A stretch of DNA of 64,000 bases, taken from positions 14,324,261 through 14,388,260 of the forward strand of contig OZ199838.1 in assembly GCA_964304625.1 (NCBI GenBank), written 5' to 3'. The position numbers and the translations under genes were made by a program. The notes below the pieces were generated by a model. It was not told the DNA's origin and did not search any database. It saw only the letters and a list, made by a program, of their open reading frames with translations. Of this stretch, positions 1 to 12,748 are shown piece by piece (positions within the stretch are counted from its first letter, which is position 1; every line of letters starts with the position of its first letter). Origin of the DNA: Kudoa neothunni (lineage: Eukaryota > Animalia > Cnidaria).

Positions 1-872
1 CGTACCATAAGTGTAGTACAGGATTCGTTCGCACGCCCAATGTAGCTATAGTATTTCCAATAACAAAGCCCCGATATCAAAATCAAATGGTAGCACATCG
101 GCAAAAACACATAAAACCAACTGGTTTTATCATCAAAATTCACATTTTCTAACGCGAATGTACCAAACCAACTATTTTTTTCTGTACGGGATTTGTAGTT
201 TAAAAACCAAAACAGAAATAGTAGTACCTTGGTATTTGGAAAACGTGATTGGTATTACAATAATTGTATTGATCAAACATTGTGCGAGTAAAACCACAAA
301 TATCAATCGAATAAAACACAGATAATTCAAACCAGAAATACCCGAACGTGATTCTAACGAATCCAAATCTGTCCTCACGGCTTGCCACAATCGAACAAAC
401 ACGTCCTTAAGTGATAGAAATATGTTAATCCTAAGAATGCATTATGATTCTGGTTTTCTACCTTGAGCTCATTCCCATATGAAATGTATGGTTCCATTGC
501 AATCTCATTGCGACGAGTAGGTGATTTGGCTTGAAATGCCGAATGTCTCGTTTGTGGTTCTGTGTGGTCGTTACTGATGTTATTGGTAATTCCACTCGAA
601 GTGTTATTCCCCGCCGAATCTTGATTTATTTTTTTTGAATAAATTTCGAATCGTTCGCGGCCTCGCGAATAAATATACTACAAATATCACCTATAATAAC
701 ACAAAAAATTAATGGGATTGGTATGCGATCAATCTTCTACTGAAAACACTATCACGTTGTTCTGCAGACAAACCAGGAGACCACCATCGTTCACGTTAAA
801 GTTCACATTGTGATAGGAGCCGAAACATATATCTCCATTTGGCTCCCCATTTCTTGAACTAGATGAGGACAT
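1..872 (-). CDS. TMEM63/OSCA (CSC1-like) mechanosensitive channel, N-terminal exons; gene runs off the window start
   Basis: Spliced reading MSSSSSRNG...DGGLLVCLQNNVIVFS|VIFVVYLFARPR...RSGISGLNYLCFIRLIFVVLLAQCLINTIIVIPITFSK...WFGTFALENV...SWFYVFL...TTLMVR matches the TMEM63 N-terminal TM layout (YLxFxR, IxxP, FGxxxxxN, TLMV). GT-AG introns. One apparent +1 frameshift in an A8 run (629-636). Confidence 0.7.
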
Positions 873-1511
873 AACACGCACCTTTATAATATTAAGGAGT
901 TCCCAATTAGTATAAATTAAAATTATCGTTATCTACTTACGAAGTCATCACTAATAGGACTTAGTTAGGATTCTATGTATGAAACAAGGAATTTCAATGA
1001 TAATTGTTCGGATGATAAAATTAAAAATTCTTTGGTCAATAAATAATAAAAAAAATTTTTTTCCCATGTAACTCTATTCTTGTTTATCTTACAGAATTAG
1101 AATCACAAATATATTACTTTAATCATCATCAAATGAATTATTAAGTTATTAATGTATCCATTGTTTGTTTTGGTAATCTGTAAACATTTATTTACCATGA
1201 TATGAAAGGCTATTTTCATATATCAATAATTCCTCCCACGATGTAAAAATATAAGAATCTTACAAGCTACAAATTTAGTGATTATAAAGAAAAGAAAAAT
1301 TATTATTTTCCTAACAATGTTCATTGTAATAATTTAAATAGTCTGTGATCGAATGTTTACATGCGTTTTGCTAATTTTGTAGCCCTGGTTTAATTGAAAA
1401 TTATATTTTAATCAGATTAAATTAATTTTTACTCAAAATTAAATTTTCATAAGGTAAAATTTATGTTTTTATAAAAGAATTGAATGCGTTATTTAGATGA
1501 TTTTTTATCCG

Positions 1512-1545
1512 TTAACCCTCTAAGACTTAAAGTTTAAGATTACCC
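1512..1545. mobile_element. piggyBac-like terminus (TTAA-CCCTCTAAGA...)
   Basis: TTAACCCTCTAAGAC; the reverse complement of the terminus at ~32445-32476 is nearly the same. No partner end identified. Confidence 0.35.
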
Positions 1546-2768
1546 TTCAGGGCCATAATCCAACCGGTGGATTTTTCAATTCTTTAGGCATTAAAATAAG
1601 TTGAATCTGATCGTATGTACTGTTAAATTTATGAATTAAGTTTTTCTATATCTTCTTAAAATTTACCTGAAATTTATTCATCCTCTGGTTAATCTCGAAT
1701 GGCACTATTGGGGAAAATTTGAAGTTTATGACCGCCGATTATTATCGACAACTAATCCAACAAGACAATGCGTTGATACCTGACTGTTTGGTTAAAAACA
1801 CGAGTGAATCTACGTTAAATAGCAATATATAAATTACATGTATGGAATTGGAGCAATATTTTAATGATTAATTTGAAACAGATTGATTATTAATTCATTT
1901 GATGCTCAATTATAATCCGCCTAGATTATCGAATTTATCAAACTTATTGATCTAATAAGTAGACTAAAGTTTTGTTGTTGATGGTTTGATTTACAAACCA
2001 GAACTTTCGATATAATTTTTTATCTTTCTAAGGTAGTTAATCCTATGTTTGATCACTTAAAAATAATTGTAATCCGATTATTTTTTAGTGTTTTATTCAC
2101 AAAGATGAGTATTATTTAAAGATTTTGAGTAACAAATTTAACTTGACATGAATTATTCACAGAAAATAAAATCAACTACATATATAAAAATGTGAGGTCT
2201 TGTGAAATATGCACACGCGATGAACATTTTATCGGCATAAAAACTTCTTTGAAATTGCAAATTGTAAGTGAAATATTAATTTATTGTGTTTCGAATTTTT
2301 TTAACTCTAATTATCACAACCCCAAAATTTATAGAGGCATGTGGTGGTTAAAATTGTCAAGTGGGTAGAAAATAAAGAATGGAAGGATTATTTTATGGGT
2401 TACATTTATAAATATGGTTGTAAACATTGATTCCATGACAAGACTAAGTCGCATTAACCACAAACCAATTAATAATTACATTTTGCTTCGATTTAAATTG
2501 TTCTCACTATGTTACTGATAAATAAGGGGATGGAATAGAGTTTATACACAGTAAATAAAATGTCTTTATTGGACAAATATCACATTTAATGCGGATAAAA
2601 AGAAACATTGATAAACATAATCATCCTTAATAATTGTCTTGATTTTCTATTTTATGTGCTACGTATTTAAAAATTATCTAAATTAACGTATGACATTATA
2701 TTTGTGTCTATTTTAAAGCTAAGTTCATGATATATTGGCTAATCATTTTTCATTGTCGTGTCCTTATG

Positions 2769-3495
2769 CAGGGGTTCTCAATGGGGATAAATTTTAAATG
2801 ACACAGGGTAAATTAAGTGGCATTAAAACTGGATAGCGGAAATTTTGGCATAATGCGGTTTGTGACGTACTTAAGGATTTCTAAGGAATTATATTATTTA
2901 AGGATATTAAGCTCAATAGGATGTTATCGGGAATGCTTAAAATGTTTTTGAGAAAAAATATTTACCAACTATTTATAAAGCTATTATGCGTCTTTTTATT
3001 TTATGCCTCATTTAACTTCTAGGTGTATAGTCTAATAATAATAATACATAAAGCGGCTATTCGCACAGTAAATAATATTTGTGTATCACTAGTTTTTGAC
3101 TATTTTTAATTACTCCTGACCTCTGAGAGTGAAGAAGCGGACTAGAAATAATTTAATCTAGTAAAATCTAAAAAAATAAATATGTATACAGATTATGAGT
3201 AAGAGTTGATGGGATTAACAATTTTCATTGCACAAGCGTACGTGCTTTTTAGGATTAGAATTTACCCTGAAAGCAGCCAAGGCTATAGCTAAACCAGTAT
3301 AAAACCTTAAAGTAAATATGAATTTCATTTCCAAATTAAGAGGGTAAATTTGAAAAAATGGTTATAAAGTTTTATTTTATAATTTAATTAATCGTGAAAG
3401 TTGAATAACAATAATATCAACAAAGTAAAACTCACTATTTAAATTTAAGTTATTTTTTCAAATTTAAATTGAGATAACGATAAACTGAACCCCTA
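2769..3495. mobile_element. possible hAT-type MITE
   Basis: CAGGGGTTCTCAA at 2769 and TGAACCCCTA ending 3495, with repeated AGGGTAAAT/ATTTACCCT subterminal motifs. No convincing 8-bp TSD. Confidence 0.35.
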
Positions 3496-3735
3496 ATAAA
3501 TGCATAAATTGTTTGTTCTAGCAGTGGTACACCGAGAATCGGAGTTAACCAGGACTTATCGTGTTATGAGAGTTATTGGTATTGAGTAAAAACTAGAAGT
3601 TTTATAAACGTTATGCCATAATTAAAAACCATCGAAAATGCATTAATTTCCCCATTTATGTAACACTTATATCAATTCGGCAATAGAGAAACGACAGTTG
3701 TGAGATACAAAAACTATTAGGATAATGTCTACTTA

Positions 3736-5624
3736 TTACACAGTTAACGCTTTAACCATATAAGGCCCTTCAAGTTCGTATCCGAATCTTCGATAATAGT
3801 TTCTTGTGCCAATTCCAGAGATAATGGCCATTTTGTTTGAGCCATGTTCATTATAGGCTATTCGTTCTGCCTCTTCAATGAGCAACCCTCCAAATCCACG
3901 ATGTTGATATTTTTGCATGTCTTTTCCTTGCACTTTTAACGCCGTACCATACACATGAAGTTCACGTATGATTGAGCATCCATTTTGTAGCTCGGGACGG
4001 AAACAATCCTCTGGACATTTTCTAAGTCGCAACAACCCAATAAGAATATCTTGATGAGGATCTTCGTAGGCGAGAAATGTTTCCCAGCCATCGTTTGCCG
4101 CGTAATCGCGGCGAATTAGTTCGACATCATTTGGAGATATCTAGATTGGCGCATATCAATAGAGCACATCATTGAAAATGTACTTTGTTGTGTATCTCTT
4201 GCATGCCAACTTCTCTGGTTCTAACATCACGACACTTGAGACCCATATCTTTCATGCGTTCAAGGACCAAATCTCTGAGATGACCTTGCACAACCCCACT
4301 GCTGCTTACGAGTGGCATGGGAATATCTCTCTGAATACGATACACACGTACCCAGGGTGGAACCAATGTAAGTATTTGAGTCATAAGATCGATCAGGGCT
4401 TGAGGTGAATAATTTTGGTAACGACCAGATTTCCACAACTCATACAAACCTGTACCTCGTATAACTAGAGTGGGATAGAGTTTGAGACCGTCAGCTCGAA
4501 ATCTATTCATTCACATGCACAACAACGTTAACAAAGGCGCACTCACATGCAAATATGCAATTACTTAGGATTTTCAAAAAATTCAATAAACTGAAAATAA
4601 TCTCTTTCCAACCCAACATTTGGCAGATCCGGCATCATATGAGTGGTGATCTAATAAGAGAACATTTGTTACACGAGAAGCACCACAATCAGCCGAATAC
4701 TTTGAAACCACAATCTTTCGAGAGTTTAAAAGTATCACAAGCAGCTGCTACAGTGTGACCTCGATTGGTATCCAAAGCAACATCCTCATAGACACTTTGG
4801 ATCCCAATTTCAAGCCGTGTACAACCATAACTCAACATTTCATTCAGGTGTTTTATCTGGCAGTAATCAGGTCGAGTTTCAATGGTAAGACCAATACAAC
4901 GAGAAGATGCACTTTTTTCCGCATATTTCACAGCTTCAGCTACATTACTACTGGTGTGTCCTGACAAGGCGTCATGAATGTTGCGTATGAAATAGTCTTT
5001 GTATTCTGGATCAAGACTCATAAAAGTGCCGCCCATAAGAATAAACTCCACCTAAGACACATTCATTGAATATAGACAAGTTGAGTGGGCAACAGAAGGT
5101 TGAGAATTAAGGTCACAAAAAATGTGACGAGGTAGTCTCAACTGAATGGTTACCTTGTCAACATTATGTCCCAACATTGATAGTTGTCTTATTCGATCCT
5201 TCACTTGAAGATATGGATCGTATCGATTTCTAATAGCTCTCATAGAAGTTGGTTCATAACCGGTGTAGGACTGGCTGGAATATTCAAAATCAGAATCCGG
5301 TCCACCAGGACAATACACGCAAATATTTCCAGTGTATGCAATGTGTGGACAACGATGGGGCTTAGACATAACAGCAATGGCCGCAATTCCTGATGCTGTT
5401 CTCGTTGGTTTAGCCTTAAGATTTGGCAGAAGTCGTTTTCTCCATTCCTGAGGTACTGCTGTAATTATATCAACCAATTTGGGTTGATTCTTGAGTTTAA
5501 ATTTTTTACTCACATCTCCCTTCAAACGATTCAAATCTAAACTTTTCCCAGCTATATGCGCCTGTTTTAAACGATCTATTATTTCGCTGATCGCATCTAA
5601 TGTGTTATTTGCAGTAGGATCCAT
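3736..5624 (-). CDS. ELP3: Elongator complex protein 3 (radical SAM + GNAT), 5 exons
   Basis: Motifs [70 protein letters not shown]. Four GT..TAG introns join the ORFs in frame. Confidence 0.97.
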
Positions 5625-5641
5625 GAGTATGGTGAGATATC

Positions 5642-5651
5642 GCGCAGGCGT
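5642..5651 (-). promoter_or_regulatory. NRF1-like GC motif just upstream of ELP3
   Basis: GCGCAGGCGT about 20 bp from the ELP3 ATG in AT-rich DNA. Similar motifs precede VPS13D and DDX51. Confidence 0.4.
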
Positions 5652-6000
5652 TTGGTCAATATTCGTTTTTTGATTAATTTCTCCAACAATACCTTATTTA
5701 AATTATTACGGTAAAAATAAAATTTATCTACTACATTTCTATAATATTAAAACGACTTGATGTTATCAATCAATAAAATTGGATAATTATTGCCACATTC
5801 AGCGATCACACCACCTCATCCATTGTAGTGATGGTGATTTTAAACATAATCCAATTTAATTAAAAAAATAATGTATTGTTTCTATTAGAACATCGATAAA
5901 CCAAAAAAATCAAATTGCGAAATATCACATGAACTAGGAACGTGAACTTTGTTGAATGCGCGAGCCCATCTAGTAACCTATTAGTAGTGACCAAACCCTA

Positions 6001-6260
6001 ATGTTTCGTCCTCGACAAATCGAAAGTACAAATAAACAAATAATCGACAAATTCAACAATATAGTTAAAATATTTTCGCTCGTGTTTGTTTATGGTGCAT
6101 ATCGAATCTACACAAGTTCTAATCTATCAACTACACCCAAAGTTGTGGCTACTGTATTTTTTAATGCTCGGATTGGACGCATATTCACTTTATTTTTGTA
6201 TAGGCTATTTCTCTTTTAGGTTCTGTTGGAGTATATGCCACTGTAATTCAAATGTTATAA
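6001..6260 (+). CDS. candidate 56-aa two-TM small protein, head-to-head with ELP3
   Basis: Exons 6001-6025, 6065-6153 and 6204-6260 (GT..TAG introns) give MFRPRQIEIKIFSLVFVYGAYRIYTSSNLSTTPKVVATAISLLGSVGVYATVIQML*. Confidence 0.4.
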
Positions 6261-7552
6261 TATGTTCTTTTGAATTCAAAAATGTCTATTTGCCCTAATA
6301 ATAATTAATTATGTTTATGCTCATTCATTTAATTAAATATTGATAATTATTATTAATTATGGAATTCTATAAAATGAGAACTGATTTAAGTTCGATAGAA
6401 AAAGGAATGATTTATAATTATATGGTTATTAATGTATTTAAAGCGGTGACGTCTTGCCAACAAGCCGACAGCGCTTTCTCTTATGCACATGACATTTAAA
6501 GATTATATTTGTTGGGGCTAATGGGTTTAACTATTTATTACTTAAACCGATTATTGATGAATTAATTTATTTTTGATTTTTTAGGTTAGATTCGTGACCA
6601 ATCTAATTTTGCAACTAAGCAATCTTAAGAATTGTGACAAATTTTCGGATGATTTTGCCAAGGTATGATTCTTAATATATTATTCTACCAGTTTGATGTT
6701 ATATACCTTCTTATAATGAATTTTTTTATATTTTTTCGATAGGAGATAAACGAAGCCGAAGAAAGGATTTTAAAAAGATTAGCTAAAATCACTGATGACC
6801 CACAGCCTACATCTTGATATTGTTTTGTCTGAAGTCTTACACATATCCTCAGCACTTATTACTTTATATTGAAATAATCATCACTTATTCTTTTTTCTAA
6901 TCTGTGATTATTTTTATTTCGCATGCCATTGAAGTGATATTTTTATTTTGAAAAATGAAATGTTAGGCATCACTGAGATTTGCCAATTAGTATAAAAATT
7001 TTAGCTTATTATTTTTGAGAGGTTTATCCTATCAATAAATCATATTTTGTTGGTGATATGCAAACAGTGTATTATTCTATTAGACATTTATCGTTATAAT
7101 GATGCAAATTTGATGGGTTATTCAACACATGTTTATTCGGAATATTTTTTTGTGAAATTAAAAAATACAGTCGGTCACCGGTTTTAAGTAATCCCCTCGG
7201 GACCACAAAAAATGCATAAAATTGGTCATGTCCAGGGCGTCCAAAGAGACTATCTTAAAAAACCCACAATAATATTAAAATAACGAAAATTTTTATTTTA
7301 AACGCGTTTTCTAATTATTGTCGTCAATTGACTCGTTTTCATCATCTTCACAACCCTCAGTTAGGAAGTTTGATCTATTTTTCAAACGCTCAAGGTATCT
7401 TTGGCTCACAACACCGTTGTTCACATCACGTATTAGTTTATTTGTTGGATGCGACGTTTAACACGTGTTATTATTTCTTCTGATCAACTGCTTTGCGAGA
7501 AGTTCACATTTTATAGTTTTAACCTATAATGAGTTTGTTTAGTTTATATTTT

Positions 7553-7986
7553 TTTTTGTTTACAAGGTAAAACCCCTGGCGCAACTTATTAGGTTTGGAA
7601 TTCTGGTTGGTCATACCTCTTCCATTAACGCTTTAGGCACCACAGGACGTAACATGAAATCCCGCACCTTATCTTTATGCGGTAGTGTGGGACTTTAACC
7701 CACTAAACATTCTCGTCTCAGGCGACCACCACCCCAAACCCTATCCCTTTAAGGACGTTGGCTCTGTGGGGACTGCAAATTATTTGCCTTTCGCAGGTTC
7801 TGGAGATTCAAACTCATATTCAAGCTCGTCCCACTTCACAACGAGCGCGCGCTTTAACCACAGCTCCCAAATAGGGGATGGAGACCCACCGACACGGAGT
7901 CAGTAGTCTGACCACCGGCGGATTCGAACCCATTACCTCATGGTTCTGAGTCCGAGTGTCACACCGATGTGCCATCTGTCCTCGGC
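7553..7986 (-). mobile_element. tRNA-derived SINE, full length
   Basis: Minus strand has A-box TGGCACATCGG, B-box GGTTCGAATCC and a poly(A) tail, with TSD TTATATTTT on both sides. Homologous to 13350, 28747 and 35575. Confidence 0.85.
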
Positions 7987-10825
7987 TTATATTTTCCTGT
8001 TGTGCGTTACCGAAGAATTGGTGCCTTATCCCGTATAGCAGTGGTGGGCACTACTTTTGGTTCTGCGCGCCACATTGGCTCATTACAAAAACTTGGAGGG
8101 TCGCATTGTTGATTAAGTGTTTTCCGAAAATTTAAATATCTATTGGTGATTTTTCTAACATTTTTGGTACAATAAAAAAGTTAGTGTATAAATTAACTTA
8201 AAAAGGAACTAAATAATTTTTAGTTTCGATCGGAATAATAGATTTTATCGCTTTTCAAATATGTTGATAAATTAGATTTTATTAAACCTGGCGAATGTAA
8301 TGGAAAATATGTACATAGTTCTTATTGCGTCAAACCTAATTTATGTATGAGTATCGCATCCTCATATGTTTTTATGCTATTTAGTTATTTTTAGATTGTT
8401 TTTGTCGTGAATTGAATCTCATGTACCATTTTTTTCTGAAGTTTATGACGTGATTTTGTTTTAAGGATGTATCAGATCTTACCTCATTCACATTTACATA
8501 TGATAATCATAGGTAAAACATCAGATCAGATAATAAAATCGCGTAAAATTAAAGTTTACAAATCCATAATATTCATCAAAAGTTTGTTTATTTATTTGTT
8601 TATGGAAGATAAATGCTGTCTTGGTGTTTCTAGATTTTGAAAACATGTACATGCTCGCGCGATTTTTCAGCCTCATAAACCCGTCCACGGGCCGTATAAG
8701 GTTTTGTGAGGATTAGCAATGTGAGTAATGACACTTGAATATTATTTACCATGAAGATAGTCATTTTAAGTAGTATTATTATTGGGATACATCACTAAAA
8801 GATAAATGAGACAATAAACAAAAATCCTGTGAACGATTACCGACTTCGAATTTGTTAAAACTATAGAGAAATAATTCATTTTTTCATATATTTATAGACA
8901 ACAGAGATTCCATGTGAATCCGAACGTGATCAACTTAAGCTTTATTTCCAGTTTATAGGTTGATTCTTTTTGAGCTAAATTTAGCTATATAATACAATTT
9001 TTAGCGACAAGTTTAAAAATGAAAAAGTTTTTGAAAAAGAAATGTATGAACAGGACGAATTGTAGGAAACAACTTTATTTCCGATTTCGTATGCGACACC
9101 GCCGAAGCTCTACAGAGATAATGTAGTACTGCAGTTTAGCTGATATTAAAAAAAATAGTTTATTCCAAAAAATGATGCATTGCTGAATTTTGATAAGAAA
9201 ATTTCTCCTAACATTGGTTACAAAAATCCACTGTGAACGAATCACACAATCTTGATAATACATTTATTTAATCTCTTCGAACTAGAGAATATTCCCTATA
9301 CCCTAGATTTTTTGAAGCTCTAATTACAATACGTAAACATGGTATATTTAAGCAGAGATAAATTATAATTCCATTCGTTGAGTGTTGAGTCATTAGTAGG
9401 CTTGCAAATTTCGGGATTTTAATTAAAAAAAATTTGTTATATTGTTCGTTCTCATTTTATTTTGAGAAGTAATCAACATTCTTAGATTAACTTGGTTCTC
9501 TGCATGGGTATGTTTGTGAACTATTTTATCAATAATTGATGAACATTTTTCTCAAAAATAAATGTACTTTTTCACTTGATGATCCTGTTTTTATAATCCA
9601 TCCGCATCCACGACCATCATTCAGCATACGTGAATGAAGACACACAACTTCTCGCTTATTTGGAAGTCGGTGAGCGAATGGAAATGCATTTGGAGCACTC
9701 GGAGAAAGATCACCATAGTCGTCACTGTTATAGTATTTCATATTTAAAATAAATATTTGACGATGATTCGAACTGTTATCAAAATTTGTTTCCCCCAAAA
9801 TTCCAGAAATTTTAAAATCTAGTCATGAGGCAAGAATAGATAACATTTAATAATCATTCATATCGTGCGAAATAAACTCGGTTAACCAGAAAAGGTTTAA
9901 GTTTAATCTCTTTTTTTAGATATAATTAGGAAACTAAGAAGTTAAAATATTAACTAAAATAATAAAAGGTAAAATCTTGAGACATTTTTCATCTGGACTA
10001 TTATTTTCAAATTTATAGAAAAAGTAAAGTTTGACCTTGACTTTCACATTAAGTGGGTGCGAAATGAGCGCGGAAATTAGCATGGGTAAGGGTGTAAAAT
10101 ATGGAAAGACTAACTTGATTTAATGGGACCCGAGTCTGATTCAAATTAGGAAGTGTTGCATAAATGCGGATGATTCTCACTTAATAATTAATATTTTCTC
10201 TAAAAACAGAGTCAATAATTGAAAAGGCACTCCGAACTAGAAGCAATTACTGAGTAAGAACCAGGTTTAAATTCAAGGGCCATGAATCCTTAGTTGAGAA
10301 CTAACGTGATCCATAGATTCAACACAATATTTGCAAAGAGAAGAATCGCTGTATTGGATTTATAAAAATTTTAATGCTTGCAAATAAAAACTTGAATAAA
10401 TTTTATATGAAGAAAGTTCTTTTGTCCCAAAAGAAATCTCTATAACATAGGTACTACTTTCTAAATGTTACTTATGTTTACCAGTCGTAATTAGGCTCCT
10501 AAATGAACTTTCTTTAAAAGTTAAAGGTCATTTAACCGAAATCTTGTATGTGTATATCTATTTATAGTCCATCATTATCATTTTGAGAAGAATATAATTA
10601 AATTGAATTCAGAGTATTCAACATTTCTCATAAATATTTAATTAATATAAATTTTTAGATGTTAAAATACTCAAATTAAAATTTAAAAAGGTATCCGATG
10701 ATATAAACAAGACCCCTTCGATTCGTTATTTGTAATGTATTATTCACCATAGAAATAAAAAATACATTTATCATGTCTAGATTACAAAAAGAAATTATTT
10801 TATTGGTTATCAGGCTTTTAGCCCA

Positions 10826-11572
10826 TTAACCATGATAGTTATTTTGATCCAATTTTTCAGAGTTGCTTGGATCATATGGAGGAGGTTGAGGCATATTTGC
10901 ATGTGGTGTATAACTTTCTTCGGTAGGAAAAGCTTTGTCAGGTGGGATTAGGTTGGTGTCTATGTACGGTGGTGGAGAAATATCCTGCAATTCAATTCCC
11001 GCATTATTCTCTATAAGAATATTGTCAATTTGAAAATAATATTTTCGAATAAACCTATTGGACGTGGAGAACTGTCTATTGTATCGTCAGATGAACATAG
11101 AACGAATTTTTTTATTAAATATACGATAAAAATTAAAATTATAAAAATAATAATTAATCCAATTATTCTCTTATACAATATATATTTGGAATGTTTTTTA
11201 TCAATTGGGATAGCTAAAAATATAATTATCGTAGGGTATGATTAAATCTTTATACTGAAGTTGGCGCAACAATTTTTTTTTGCGTAAGGGCTCTCTGCCC
11301 AGATTGCTCTCTCTACACATGTAGTATGGGAGCAAAAGCTTTTCTTATAAGTCTTTAGTTGTTCTCGAACACATAGGCATAAGAAGCAAGGAGTTTCAGC
11401 AAACGGAACATAAAATTCCATTATATCAACTATTGACCCATCTGGTTCCACACAATAAATTTTACCTATTTTGTAATCACGACTCATAATTTATGTATTT
11501 ATAAAAATTGTTACTTAGTATTCTATTTACAAAAAAAATTAATGTGATTTCATATAGAATAAACCTATACAT
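10826..11572 (-). CDS. orphan type-I membrane protein (203 aa): signal peptide, VWC-like Cys-rich domain, TM helix, two PPPY motifs
   Basis: Exons 11572-11515, 11465-11256, 11213-11055 and 11010-10826. Three phase-1 GT..TAG introns (49, 42, 44 nt) give an open 612-nt CDS. Confidence 0.8.
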
Positions 11573-12385
11573 GAAGTTTTCTACGTATATGTTGAGATGA
11601 TAATCTTATTAATGTTTTCATGATTATGTTCGGCAATAACTATTGAAGGGTTCTGAATCGATCAATGTATAAAATTGTCACCAAAAAAATTTTTAAAAAT
11701 TTTAATATATTATATGGTTTCATCTAAAAGGAAATCGAGCTGAAAATGAAAGTACAGTTGATTAAATTACATCTTTAATTTTTAACAAATTTTATATTCA
11801 ACTCCACAGAAGTGAATAAATAAATGACAATATTATAAATGTGTAAGTAACATTTATTTAACTAAATAAAATTCCAGTCAAAAAGAAGAAGGAAAAACGT
11901 TTAAGAAGATTATTTCTCGTGGATATAACTAATTTAATTCAATATATTTATATTGAAAATTCTGCTGTTATAATATAGATTATATTATGAACCAATGAAT
12001 ATACCAAATAAATGACATAAGGTGACCATAGTTATAAACTTCATACTAATTTTTTTTATTTCAAACAAAAGTCAAATTATTTCTAATATAAATGACCAAC
12101 AACTGATGACTCTCCTTTGACAGTAAGGTTCATGTGATTAAATACAAACCATCACCCAGCTCCTATTTTATAAAGTAATTACCCATATAACTATAAAATA
12201 TTTACCAACTCCCGTCACATCATATTATTTATTTTACTTTAGAAATTAAAAAAAGTGTTATTGGGGTTATACGCTTGTATTTAAAGGAGGCGTTTCACAC
12301 TAGTGACAAAACAATGGGTTTGCTAACGTTGCCATAGATTGTTTATTTTAAAGTTGTACAGGATTTTCCAATTAATTCAAAGTAT

Positions 12386-12416
<31 letters not shown>

Positions 12417-12748
12417 CATATATTGGGATATAAGTTTTAGTAAAACACTTCTCATCTTGCTTTTTAAAAAACACGCACTATGGCAATGATTCATCGTCGT
12501 AATTTCGATTGATTTGTTTGACATTGTTTCTAAAGCTTTTCATCTTTATTTAACAGATCCATTTTTATCAATTATGTTACTATTACAAACTTCGATTTTT
12601 TGCAGTTATTTTTATTCAAATAAAGAATGAGTACAATCTACTACATCATTCCATCATGAAGGTAAAATTTTTGTATTAGTTTATTATTTATCTCTTAAAC
12701 AAAAATAATAGGATATTTTTCAAAAATGGTCTTCAATACACCACATTA

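Noticed and set aside
7167-7240. TA-CAGTC pogo/Tc1-like terminus
   Set aside because: No partner TIR or transposase remnant identified.
7690-7730. Hammerhead core in the SINE tail
   Set aside because: CTGAGA does not fit CUGANGA and no matching GAAA stem arrangement was found.
7905-7986. Functional tRNA gene
   Set aside because: Poor acceptor and anticodon stems, no terminator, and embedded in a TSD-flanked poly(A) repeat. It is a SINE head.
9529-9798. CUB-like fragment (CGWIIKTG..KVHLF) on the minus strand
   Set aside because: No open spliced gene model could be built and the similarity rests on one short motif.
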